Source: Burkholderiales bacterium
GTDB taxonomy: Bacteria; Pseudomonadota; Gammaproteobacteria; Burkholderiales; Ga0077523
NCBI GenBank assembly: GCA_019747905.1
Contig: JAIEQG010000040.1
Coordinates: 2,403-66,402, forward strand
Direction of reading: 5' to 3'
DNA: 64,000 nucleotides
This document shows, in pieces, positions 25,780 to 34,475 of the stretch. The notes under the pieces were generated by a model, which saw only the letters and a program-made list of their open reading frames with translations, was not told the DNA's origin and did no database searches. Position 1 is the first letter of the stretch. Every line of letters begins with the position of its first letter. Made by a program: the position numbers and the translations under genes.

Positions 25780-26727
25780 TCAATGCGCCAGAGCGCGACG
25801 CAGGGTCGCGGTAGTCAACGCGATCGCGCTGCGCGCACCGGGCGAATCGGCGAGCGCGTTCAACATCGCGAAATCGTGGATGGTGCCGAGCACGCGCACG
25901 GCGGAGACTGCGACACCCGCCTGCACGAGGCGAGCGGCATACGCTTCGCCTTCGTCGCGCACCACGTCGTTCTCGGCCGTGACGATCAACGCCGGCGGCA
26001 GGTCGGCGAGTTGATCGAGGGTCGCCTGCAGCGGTGCCGCGAGGCGATCCTTGCGGCGCGATTCCGCCGGCAGGTACGCATTCCAGAACCACTTCATCGT
26101 GCTCTTCGTGAGCCAGTAGCCGTCGGCGTACTCGTTGTAGGACCGCGTTTCGAAGTTCGCGTCGGTCACCGGGTACATCAGAACCTGGCAGCGCAGCGGC
26201 GGCCCGTTTCGTTCCTTCGCGAGCAGGGCGACCGCGGCCACCAGATTGCCGCCGGCACCGTCACCCGCGATGGCGATACGGCTCGCATCCAGGCCGAGCG
26301 CATCCGCGTGCTCGGTGACGTGGAGCAAGGTCGCATAGCACTGCTCGATCGCGACCGGGTACCGACTCTCCGGCGTGCGGTCGTAGTCGATGAACACCAC
26401 GGCGGCACCGGTGCCGTCGGCGATTTCACGCACCAGGCGATCGTGGGTTCCAACGTCGCCCAGCATCCAGCCCACCCCATGGAAGTACAGCACGACGGGC
26501 AGCGGGCCGGTACAACCTTCGGGACGCACGATGCGCACGCGCGTCGTGCCCGTGGGGCCGATGGGCAGCGTATGGTCTTCGATCACGGCGGGCGCCAATG
26601 CCGTGGGGACGGCTTGCATGGCGGTGAGGGTCTTGCGTGCGCCGTCCGGTGTGAGCGCGTAGAGCGGCGGGCAAGCGCCGGCTGCCAACTGGTCGAGGAA
26701 TGTCTGCGTGGTCGGGCACATGGCCAT
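25780..26727 (-). CDS. Alpha/beta-hydrolase fold-3 (hormone-sensitive-lipase family) protein lacking the nucleophile serine
   Basis: A 315-aa ORF. It has LYFHGVGWMLG where HGGGW is expected, and IAIAGDGAGGNL where GDSAGGNL is expected. It also has ENDVVRDEG and GTIHDF. The architecture is otherwise a typical HSL-type esterase. Confidence 0.85.
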   Translation of the reverse strand: MAMCPTTQTFLDQLAAGACPPLYALTPDGARKTLTAMQAVPTALAPAVIEDHTLPIGPTGTTRVRIVRPEGCTGPLPVVLYFHGVGWMLGDVGTHDRLVREIADGTGAAVVFIDYDRTPESRYPVAIEQCYATLLHVTEHADALGLDASRIAIAGDGAGGNLVAAVALLAKERNGPPLRCQVLMYPVTDANFETRSYNEYADGYWLTKSTMKWFWNAYLPAESRRKDRLAAPLQATLDQLADLPPALIVTAENDVVRDEGEAYAARLVQAGVAVSAVRVLGTIHDFAMLNALADSPGARSAIALTTATLRRALAH

Positions 26728-27226
26728 GGATTCGATCCTGAACTCGGGGGTCTGGCGTCGCTCGGTGCCATGCTGGTGCGGGCCGTTGCGACGACTCCAT
26801 CGTGCCGCCCCAACCGCAACGGGCCTACTAAATAGATGTGAAGTGTTGTGAAAGCCCGGCTGCCCCGCATTTCAGGGTTCTGTCGTCTACGGGGTACCCG
26901 AAGGCTGGAGCGGCTCAGGACTTTTAAGCTTTTCTGGAGCGCCTGGGAGAGCCCCAACCAAGCCGGAATCCCTTCTGCGACGTGGGGTTGCAGGAGGAAG
27001 GTCGGCAGTCGGCGACGCTGCAAGGTGCAGCGCCCCATCACGGGGCTTCAGGATCATTAAGGCTGAGCATGGATTCCCAACCGCGAACACCGTCGAAAGA
27101 AGGGGCCGGATGTCGTGATCGGCACACACTTTCGTCCGCAGATACCGACCACCGGACGGGCGTGCTAGAGGTGTGGCGCAAGCGGTGCGATCGTTCCCGC
27201 CACATCCAACCCCCGGAACCAGCCCC

Positions 27227-29458
27227 ATGACTAAGCCGACCCCGCATAAGGCGAAGAAACCCGCCATCACACGCCGGAAGTTCCTCGGAATCACTGCAGG
27301 CGCCGCAGCCGGCGGCGGCCTGCTGCTCGCCTTCGGCCTGCGCTCGCCGAAGACGCCGAGCGGTGCGCCCGACGTTGCTGCGGCGTTCGCACCGGATGCA
27401 TTCATCCGTATCGCGCGCGACGGCACCGTGACGCTCGTCATGCACAAGGTCGAAATGGGGCAGGGTACGTACACCGCGATGACGATGCTGATCGCGGAGG
27501 AACTCGAGGTTGATCCCACCCTGGTCCGGCTGGAGCACGCTCCACCCGATGACGAGCGTTATTCGGAACCACTGTTCGGCGTTCAGGAAACCGGCGGATC
27601 CACCTCGGTCCGCGGCAACTGGGAGCAATTGCGAACGGCCGGCGCTACAGCACGGACCATGCTGATCACAGCGGCCGCAACGACATGGAAAGTGGACGTA
27701 ACGAGTTGCCGCGCCGAGAACGGCAAGGTGGCGCACACCGCGTCGGGACGTACGCTCTCCTATGGTGAACTCGCGGACGCCGCGGCGCGCCTTTCGGTAC
27801 CGGGCAAAGTCACGCTCAAGGAGCCGCAGTCGTTCAAACTGATCGGCAAATCGTTGCCTCGGCTCGATACGCCGGCCAAGGTATCGGGCGAGGCCGTCTA
27901 CGGGCTCGACGTTCGGCTGCCCGCCATGAAGTTCGCCGCCATCGCGCAATGCCCGGTGTTCGGTGGACGGCTCGCCGGCGTGGTCGACACCAAGGCGCTC
28001 GCCGTACCCGGAGTCCGCCAGATCGTGAAGCTCGACGATGCCGTGGCGATCGTGGCGGACAACACCTGGGCTGCGCAGCAGGGTCTGGCCGCCCTCGACG
28101 TGCGCTGGGACAACGGTCCGCACGCCGCCTTGTCTTCCGCCGAGATAGAGGCGCAGCTCGCCACTGCATCCGAGCAGTCCGGTGCGGTGGCGCGAAAGGA
28201 GGGTGATCCGCCATCCGCGATGGCCAGCGCCGCACAGCGCATCGACGCGGTCTACCAGCAACCGATGTTGGCACACGCGACCATGGAACCGCTGAACTGC
28301 ACTGTCCATGTACGCAAGGACGCGTGCGACATCTGGGTCGGCACCCAGGTGCCCACGTTCGCGCTCAACGCGGCGGCCAGGATCACCCGTCTGCCGAAGG
28401 AAGCGATTCGCGTGCATAACCACTTGCTCGGTGGCGGTTTCGGCAGGCGCCTGGAGATAGACTTCATCGAACAGGCCGTGCGGGTCGGCCAGCAAGTGTC
28501 GCATCCGGTCCAAGTGGTGTGGACGCGGGAGGAAGATCTCCAACACGACATGTACCGGCCCGCGTACCACGATCGCATAGCGGCCGGACTCGATGCGCAA
28601 GGGATGCCGGTCGCGTGGACCCACAAGGTGACGGGATCGTCGATCCTCAACCGGGTCGCGAACGATCTCTTTCCGAAGAACCTGCGGGTGATCCAGGCGA
28701 TCGGGTTCGACGGCATCGTCGCGACCGTGAAGGGAGTGGATATCGATGCCGTGGAAGTGGCCGTCGAACCGCCGTATCGCCTGCCGAACTTCCGCGCGGA
28801 GTTCGTGCGACAGGAGCCGCCTGGGGTGCCCACGGCATTCTGGCGCGGTGTCGGACCGACCCGCGGCGGTTTCGTGGTGGAAGGGTTTCTCGACGAACTC
28901 GCAACCGCGGCCGGTATCGACCCCCTCGAGTATCGCCGCCGGCTCGTGAGTGATCCGCGTGCGCGTGCAGTTCTCGATCTCGCTGCACGCGAGAGCGGAT
29001 GGGGCCAAACACTGCCGAACGGCGAAGGACGCGGTATCGCGCTGCTGCATGCGTTCGGCAGCTACATCGCACAGGTGGAGCACGTGACCGTCGACCACGA
29101 AGGCGGCGTGCAGGTGAAGCGCGTGACGTGCGCTATCGACTGCGGGCTTGCCGTGAACCCCGACATCGTCGTCGCGCAGATGGAAGGCGGCATCGTGTTC
29201 GGCCTGACGGCTGCGCTGTGGGGCGAAGTGCGCATCGCCGAAGGCCGTGTGCAGCAGAGCAATTTCCACGACTACCGCGTCATGCGCATCAGCGAGACAC
29301 CGGCGATCGATGTGCATCTCATCCCGAGCCAGGAGCATCCGGGCGGCGTCGGTGAGCCCGGGACCTCGGCCGCGATCCCCGCTGTGGTGAACGCGGTCTA
29401 TGCGGCCACCGGCAAGCGCGTTCGCAGGCTGCCGATCGGAGACCAGTTGAAGGCGTAA
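27227..29458 (+). CDS. Molybdopterin-binding oxidoreductase subunit, IorB (isoquinoline 1-oxidoreductase beta)-like, Tat-exported
   Basis: Tat motif ITRRKFLGITAGAAAGGG, followed by an XDH-family Moco-binding body (HNHLLGGGFGRRLE, GVGEPGTSAAIPAVVNAV). I used ATG 27227 (MTKPTPHK). Confidence 0.85.
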   Translation: MTKPTPHKAKKPAITRRKFLGITAGAAAGGGLLLAFGLRSPKTPSGAPDVAAAFAPDAFIRIARDGTVTLVMHKVEMGQGTYTAMTMLIAEELEVDPTLVRLEHAPPDDERYSEPLFGVQETGGSTSVRGNWEQLRTAGATARTMLITAAATTWKVDVTSCRAENGKVAHTASGRTLSYGELADAAARLSVPGKVTLKEPQSFKLIGKSLPRLDTPAKVSGEAVYGLDVRLPAMKFAAIAQCPVFGGRLAGVVDTKALAVPGVRQIVKLDDAVAIVADNTWAAQQGLAALDVRWDNGPHAALSSAEIEAQLATASEQSGAVARKEGDPPSAMASAAQRIDAVYQQPMLAHATMEPLNCTVHVRKDACDIWVGTQVPTFALNAAARITRLPKEAIRVHNHLLGGGFGRRLEIDFIEQAVRVGQQVSHPVQVVWTREEDLQHDMYRPAYHDRIAAGLDAQGMPVAWTHKVTGSSILNRVANDLFPKNLRVIQAIGFDGIVATVKGVDIDAVEVAVEPPYRLPNFRAEFVRQEPPGVPTAFWRGVGPTRGGFVVEGFLDELATAAGIDPLEYRRRLVSDPRARAVLDLAARESGWGQTLPNGEGRGIALLHAFGSYIAQVEHVTVDHEGGVQVKRVTCAIDCGLAVNPDIVVAQMEGGIVFGLTAALWGEVRIAEGRVQQSNFHDYRVMRISETPAIDVHLIPSQEHPGGVGEPGTSAAIPAVVNAVYAATGKRVRRLPIGDQLKA

Positions 29459-29500
29459 GTCACGCGGCGAGTCGGGAACGATTTCGCTTGCCAACGCAAT

Positions 29501-29522
29501 GCCGGGCGCCTGCGCGCCCGGC
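29501..29522. terminator. GC hairpin between convergent genes (possible bidirectional terminator)
   Basis: GCCGGGCGC-ctgc-GCGCCCGGC, a perfect 9-bp stem. It lies between the IorB-like stop (29458) and the SDR-SRPBCC stop (29550). There is no clear U-tract. Confidence 0.4.
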
Positions 29523-29549
29523 CGTGATCCCGGTAGACGTCGTCCTCGG

Positions 29550-31001
29550 TCAACCCGCCGCGGGTATCGCCTTGATCACGCCACCGTGTTCCGCCGCTCG
29601 AGCCAGATCGGCAAACATTGTCTGATTGGCTGCATGCAACCGTGGGCCCAGATACAGCCGACCCAGCTTCGCGAGGAACCCGACCTGGGTTTCGTAGCTC
29701 ACGACGACGGTGCCGACTCCAGCGGGCGCAGGGCGCAATGTGAACGTGCGCTCGGCGTGGATGCCCGGCGTATCCGCGACGAAAGCAAATATGCGCGGCC
29801 GGTCGGCGGCAGTCACGGTGCTTTGCAGTGTGACCGGGTGAGCCTTCCACTGAAACTCCGTCACTCGGCCCACACCCTGCGTCGCTTCAGGCAACGCCCG
29901 CTCGATGCACTCCTTCCCCCAACTCCGTTGGGGGAAGGCTGGGATGGGGGCAGCTTTCCGCCGAGCCCACCGACGCGCCCGATACCACAACACCCATCGC
30001 TCCCCCGGCGAAGCCGAGGGAGCAGGTGTACGCCCCTTCCCCCACCTCTGGTGGGGGAAGGTTGGGATGGGGGCAACGCCCACCCGAACCCACCGGCAAG
30101 CCCGATACCACGACGGCCAGTGCTCGACGTCAGTGAGCAGATCCCAAACACGCTCGGGTGCCGCATGAATCAGAATCTCGTTACGCACCACAATCGGCGG
30201 CTTGGAGGTTGATTGGGCCGGACCAAGCAGCCGAGCAGAGATCAGCGTGAGCCACACCCGCGGCGTGAACCGACCCGCCGCGGCGAGCAACTTGTTGCGC
30301 AACCCGGGGTCGACCACGGCCCGGCCCTTGTCAAGCCCCCGCAGCCCGGCCTCGATGACGGGTTCGGGATCGCCGAGGCGCCGGTAGATTGCCGTGTGGC
30401 CGACGTCGGCACCCAGTGCGTCGACGAAACCGGTGCGGGTCGGTCCGGGACACAGCGCAGTGACCGCCACGCCGGCAGCGCGGGCCTCGGCCCACAGGGC
30501 CTGGCTGAACGACAGTACGAACGCCTTGCTCGCTCCATACACCGCCTGGTAAGGCCCGGGCTGAAACGCGATCGTGGACGCGACGTTGAGAATGCCGCCG
30601 CTGTGCCGGGCAAGCATTCCGGGCAGTAGCGCGTGAGCCAGCGCAACCACGGCGCTGACATCTACCGCCACCTCGTCCAACTCCCGGTCCGCGTCGGCGT
30701 CTGCGAAAGCACCATAGCTGCCGAACCCGGCGTTGTTGATCAGTAGCTCGATCGGGCGGTCACGGACGTGACCGAGCAGCCCAGACACCCCTGATGGCGT
30801 CGCAAGGTCTGCGACGACAGTCTCGACTTGCACCTGGGGAGCGACGCGGCGGATCTGGTTCGCCGCCTCGTTCAGCCGAGCCTCATCGCGGCCAGTCAGC
30901 ACCAGGGACATGCCCCGCTCCGCGAGTCGGGTGGCGAACCCTCGACCCAATCCGGAAGACGCTCCGGTCACGATGGCCCAATGGTTCTCGTAGTGGATCA
31001 T
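29550..31001 (-). CDS. SDR oxidoreductase fused to a C-terminal SRPBCC (polyketide-cyclase/START-like) domain; the SRPBCC part is interrupted in-frame by REP-like repeats
   Basis: ATG 31001 is preceded by AGGAGG. SDR motifs are TGASSGLG, NNAG and YGASKAF. The C-terminus IHAAPERVWDLLTDVEHWPSWY...VGRVTEFQWKAHPVTLQSTVTAADRP... is SRPBCC-like. The ORF stays open across the repeats at 29910-30074. Confidence 0.75.
   Translation of the reverse strand: MIHYENHWAIVTGASSGLGRGFATRLAERGMSLVLTGRDEARLNEAANQIRRVAPQVQVETVVADLATPSGVSGLLGHVRDRPIELLINNAGFGSYGAFADADADRELDEVAVDVSAVVALAHALLPGMLARHSGGILNVASTIAFQPGPYQAVYGASKAFVLSFSQALWAEARAAGVAVTALCPGPTRTGFVDALGADVGHTAIYRRLGDPEPVIEAGLRGLDKGRAVVDPGLRNKLLAAAGRFTPRVWLTLISARLLGPAQSTSKPPIVVRNEILIHAAPERVWDLLTDVEHWPSWYRACRWVRVGVAPIPTFPHQRWGKGRTPAPSASPGERWVLWYRARRWARRKAAPIPAFPQRSWGKECIERALPEATQGVGRVTEFQWKAHPVTLQSTVTAADRPRIFAFVADTPGIHAERTFTLRPAPAGVGTVVVSYETQVGFLAKLGRLYLGPRLHAANQTMFADLARAAEHGGVIKAIPAAG
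29910..30074. repeat. REP-like repeat, copy C (two partial or complete units), located inside a CDS
   Basis: Unit 1 (29910-29951): CTCCTTCCCCCAACtccGTTGGGGGAAGG CTGGGATGGGGGC. Unit 2 (30000-30074): CTCCCCCGGcgaagCCGAGGGAG ... CCCCTTCCCCCACctctgGTGGGGGAAGG TTGGGATGGGGGC. A 48-nt segment separates them and is a diverged duplicate of the 48 nt that follow unit 2. Confidence 0.85.
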
Positions 31002-31224
31002 GGCGCACCTCCTGTGTGGATGGCATGCGGAAATGGCCGCTTGCCTGTGATCCGCACGATAGGTGTCGCGAAATAAAGAGTCGTTGCCGTGTAGTAAAAA
31101 CTTGTGAAATGGCGACTTCACCAACCACAGCGGCAAGAATGCTCAGGTAACCTTTGACCTTAGTTGCTCCTCGATCTCATGATCTGGACGCGCATCGTGG
31201 AGGGTCAGTAGTATTGGGGGGAGA

Positions 31225-31560
31225 ATGCAGTATTGCGCGCAAGCGCGACGAGAGATGCGAATGGACAATACAGAGTGGACGCCAGGTTTCACGGAAGCTG
31301 AGAAAAACGTGGTGGAGCTGCTCCTGCAGAGAAGGACTAACGTGGAAATCGCTCGCGAGCTTGGTCGATCTGAAGGGGTCATTCGTATTCTGATTTCTTC
31401 CATTTATGAGAAGCTGCGAGTGCGCAATCGTGGTGAAGCCATCGCTCTGCTTGAGCGTCAAGGTCCGCTGCAACCGGGGACCTATGTAGTACGTGATGTT
31501 CTCTCGCGGTTCCGCAGGAACATGCGTTCCGAATCGGGCGATGCGGAGGACGACTCGTAG
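31225..31560 (+). CDS. Small LuxR/GerE-type HTH regulator
   Basis: FTEAEKNVVELLLQRRTNVEIARELGRSEGVIRILISSIYEKLRVRNRGEAIALL is a GerE-type HTH. There is no receiver or ligand domain. Alternative starts are ATG 31255 and 31261. It lies in the AT-richer islet. Confidence 0.7.
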   Translation: MQYCAQARREMRMDNTEWTPGFTEAEKNVVELLLQRRTNVEIARELGRSEGVIRILISSIYEKLRVRNRGEAIALLERQGPLQPGTYVVRDVLSRFRRNMRSESGDAEDDS

Positions 31561-31623
31561 CTAGAGCGTCCTGCTTATCCCAGTTCAACCTTGGGCTGTA
31601 AGCTATAGGGGATTCTGCGAGCC

Positions 31624-31962
31624 ATGTTCAAGCTGCTGAAAACGATCGTTGGCGGAGTGTCCTACGCCGCGGATCCCAAGACCACAGGTGCCTTGTATCT
31701 GCAGGATAAGCTACGAAAGGCTGGAGCGAACCCTGACGGAATGCCACGGGAGTTCTACCAGGAACTCGCCACGTACGCATATGACTTTGCACAGACCATG
31801 GCTCAACTGCGCTCTCGCGACAAACTTGTCACTTGTTTTTTCGATCATCTCGACTATCTCATTGGTACGGTCCAGGACGCTTTTGACGGACAGACAGCCC
31901 AAGTGCTAGAGCCAGTGAGGGATATCTTCACGCGATACGGCCTGAAGGCTACCAGCTTGTGA
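31624..31962 (+). CDS. Hypothetical protein (112 aa), no recognised family
   Basis: ORF in the AT-richer islet, with normal-looking amino-acid composition (MFKLLKTIVGGVSYAADPKTTGALYLQDKLRKAG...). AGGGGA lies about 12 nt upstream. It is coding by context only. Confidence 0.5.
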   Translation: MFKLLKTIVGGVSYAADPKTTGALYLQDKLRKAGANPDGMPREFYQELATYAYDFAQTMAQLRSRDKLVTCFFDHLDYLIGTVQDAFDGQTAQVLEPVRDIFTRYGLKATSL

Positions 31963-32114
31963 GACTCTGGAAGTAGCACTCAAGAGCTACGGTTCTACGT
32001 CGTGCCCAACCCAACACTCGAGCCGACGCGCTGAACGGCGTCCTTGCTTTGCCTACCAGTTCGTCGAGCGCCTCTCAGTTAGATCGTTAGTCGTCAGTAA
32101 AATATCCCCGCAAC

Positions 32115-32786
32115 GTGAGCACCGAACTCCTCCAGACAATCGCAGTCGCCGTCATCACGAACGGCGCGGTTCTTTGCCTATTTATCTGGGTGTTCAAGAT
32201 CTTGTTCGAACAAGCCTTGGACAAGCGCGCCAAACTGTACGAGAAGGAACTCGATCTGCAGCATCGAAAGCATTTTCACCAGTTCAGCAAGCTTTACGAC
32301 GAACAAGCTACCGCCCTGCGGGATGCATATTCGACGTTAGTAAGACTCAATGAGCAAGCCTCGCGCTTGGCGTTTCACTACAACTTCTACGAGCAGCACC
32401 CTCAACTCTTGGAGCGCTACCGGTTGCCCCAGTCCGGGGGCGCTCTTGAGTGGGGGCGCTTTCTCAAGAGTACCCTCGCTGAAAAGCCTGAGGGTAAACA
32501 GGCCCAACACTTAGCAGGCGCCGCCGTGGAAGCTCTTCAAGAGTTCCGACCGCGGCGCATCTTTTTCGACGCCGAGACGGCCAATGAGGTTGAACGTCTC
32601 ATCAATCTGTTCGCCTACGTTGGTTCTGAGTTTGAGAACGTCTCCTACCGCGATCCCAAGACCCTTGAGCAGATCATCGCGCCCGAAGTCATTGAAACGT
32701 GGAAGAAGGTAGTAACGGCCAGCCAAGTCCTTTTCCCCCAACTTGAGCAGCAGTTCAGGGCGTATCTTCGCGGCGAGGCAACGTGA
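32115..32786 (+). CDS. Hypothetical membrane-anchored protein (223 aa), no recognised family
   Basis: GTG start. The N-terminal hydrophobic helix is LLQTIAVAVITNGAVLCLFIWVF. A charged, helical-looking body follows. There is no clear RBS. It lies in the AT-richer islet. Confidence 0.5.
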   Translation: MSTELLQTIAVAVITNGAVLCLFIWVFKILFEQALDKRAKLYEKELDLQHRKHFHQFSKLYDEQATALRDAYSTLVRLNEQASRLAFHYNFYEQHPQLLERYRLPQSGGALEWGRFLKSTLAEKPEGKQAQHLAGAAVEALQEFRPRRIFFDAETANEVERLINLFAYVGSEFENVSYRDPKTLEQIIAPEVIETWKKVVTASQVLFPQLEQQFRAYLRGEAT

Positions 32787-32859
32787 CGCCGCTAACCCTT
32801 CATCCACCACCGACGCGCTACAGCGGGCTTCGCCTGCTTCCGCGCGCGCGTGAACTCCA

Positions 32860-33405
32860 ATGCCTCTCATGAATCGACATCGCGCCATGCGACGGCTGAT
32901 CATTGCGCTGGTAACTGTTCTGACCGGATGCTCGGAGCACAAAGTGGATACCTTTCCCGAATGGTGTGAGCAGATTGCGGGAGTGGACATCCAGAAGAAG
33001 TACGCGCCTTTCTGGGCAGTGTTTCCCGGCGTCTCATTTCACGGGGACGCCATTCGCGACAGCTACACGGACTTCCTCGATAAGAGTCACCTTGAAAAGG
33101 TTCAGAACAGGGTTCCGAAGATGGCTTGGCGTGAGGGTGCGCAGCTACATCTCATCAACCTGTCCAGCTTTTTCGACACCGAGCCAAACAGGGTGATCGC
33201 AGAGTGGCGAAAAGGCATTGAATTGGACATTGCAGATCAACTCAAAGACCCTTCGGACGTTTGCCTGTATAGGACGCTGACGAGCATGTTTGACAGCCTC
33301 CATATTCACTCGATGGAGGCAGATGCATTGGGGCAAAGATGGACTGACGCTGTTACTGTCATTCCCACCGAGCGACAGAAGAGGCTTGGCAGCAAGCGCC
33401 TATGA
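32860..33405 (+). CDS. Hypothetical lipoprotein (181 aa), no recognised family
   Basis: MPLMNRHRAMRRLIIALVTVLTGCSEHK is a signal peptide with lipobox LTGC. The start could be 32869 or 32887. It lies in the AT-richer islet. Confidence 0.6.
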   Translation: MPLMNRHRAMRRLIIALVTVLTGCSEHKVDTFPEWCEQIAGVDIQKKYAPFWAVFPGVSFHGDAIRDSYTDFLDKSHLEKVQNRVPKMAWREGAQLHLINLSSFFDTEPNRVIAEWRKGIELDIADQLKDPSDVCLYRTLTSMFDSLHIHSMEADALGQRWTDAVTVIPTERQKRLGSKRL

Positions 33406-33421
33406 GACCGAACATCCGTAT

Positions 33422-33448
33422 GCTGCAGCGGACGAGGCCCGCTGCAGC
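33422..33448 (+). terminator. Stem-loop after the islet lipoprotein gene (possible terminator)
   Basis: GCTGCAGCGG-acgaggc-CCGCTGCAGC, a perfect 10-bp stem 17 nt after the stop at 33405. No T-tract follows. Confidence 0.35.
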
Positions 33449-33506
33449 CGGCAGGTGATGCGGGGCGTTGGGCCACTCAGCGCCTGAGCGCGTTATGGGA
33501 CTGCAT

Positions 33507-34475
33507 ATGTGGATTCGGCGCACCCTCGCAGCCCTACTGCTGCTGCCGTCCGTCTCCACATCCTTCGCAGACGACACGTACCCGGCAAAGCCAGTCCACA
33601 TCATCTTCCCCTCGACGCCCGGCGGATCCGGCGATACGCGCACCCGCCTCGTCGCCGAAAAACTCTCCGCACGCCTCGGACAGCGCTTCGTCGTGGAAAA
33701 CAAAGCTGGCGCCGGAACCACGATCGGGACGAAAGCAGTTGCCGCTGCAAAGCCCGACGGCTACGTCCTGCTGGCCACCTACACTCCCGCGCTCCCGGTC
33801 GGACCGCTCGTCTACCGGGAGGCAGGATACGATCCGGTAACTTCGTTCACGCCGATCGCGATGTTCGCGGCGGGTTCACCGTTCCTGGTCGTGCACCCGT
33901 CGGTCCCTGCGAAGACGGTCAAGGAGCTCGTCGCCCTCGCCAAGGCAAAGCCCGGCTCCGTCAGTTTCGGACACGCTGGATTGGGCAGTTCCAACCACCT
34001 GCCGGCAGAACTGTTTCGCCAGAATGCAGGTATCGATTTGCTGTTCGTTCCCTACAAGAGCGAAGCCGACGCTCTGACCGACGTGCTGGGCGGGCAGGTC
34101 ATGGCCGGCTTCTTCTACACCGCCATTGCGGTGCCGCAGATCAAGGCCGGAAAGGTACGAGCATTGGCTGTGGCACGCACGGAGCGCAACCCTGCGGTTG
34201 CCGACGTGCCGACCCTGACGGAAGCGGGGTATCCGGGATGTGAGTTCGTGGGGACCACCTATCTCCTCGCGCCGGCGGGAGTACCCGACAGGGTGGTGAC
34301 GCTGTTGAACAAGGAGATCGCGGCGATCATGCAGGAGCCCGACGTGCGCGCGCAGTATTCCGCGACGGGGGCTGATCCCGTGTACGGAACTGTGGAAGAA
34401 GTGCGCTCGAGGCTCGCGCGCGAGATCGAGCTCAATGTGTCACTCGCCAAGGCGCTCAATCTCAAGCCCGAGTGA
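33507..34475 (+). CDS. Bug-family (TctC-like) tripartite tricarboxylate transporter substrate-binding protein
   Basis: Signal peptide MWIRRTLAALLLLPSVSTSFA, then YPAKPVHIIFPSTPGGSGDTRTRLVAEKLS...VENKAGAGTTIG, typical of Bug proteins. ATG 33495 is an alternative start. Confidence 0.85.
   Translation: MWIRRTLAALLLLPSVSTSFADDTYPAKPVHIIFPSTPGGSGDTRTRLVAEKLSARLGQRFVVENKAGAGTTIGTKAVAAAKPDGYVLLATYTPALPVGPLVYREAGYDPVTSFTPIAMFAAGSPFLVVHPSVPAKTVKELVALAKAKPGSVSFGHAGLGSSNHLPAELFRQNAGIDLLFVPYKSEADALTDVLGGQVMAGFFYTAIAVPQIKAGKVRALAVARTERNPAVADVPTLTEAGYPGCEFVGTTYLLAPAGVPDRVVTLLNKEIAAIMQEPDVRAQYSATGADPVYGTVEEVRSRLAREIELNVSLAKALNLKPE

Noticed and set aside
26728-27226. A Moco riboswitch or other known leader RNA upstream of the IorB-like gene.
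   Set aside because: I could not recognise the conserved Moco-motif elements by eye. It needs an Infernal/Rfam scan, so it is reported only as an unexplained long leader.
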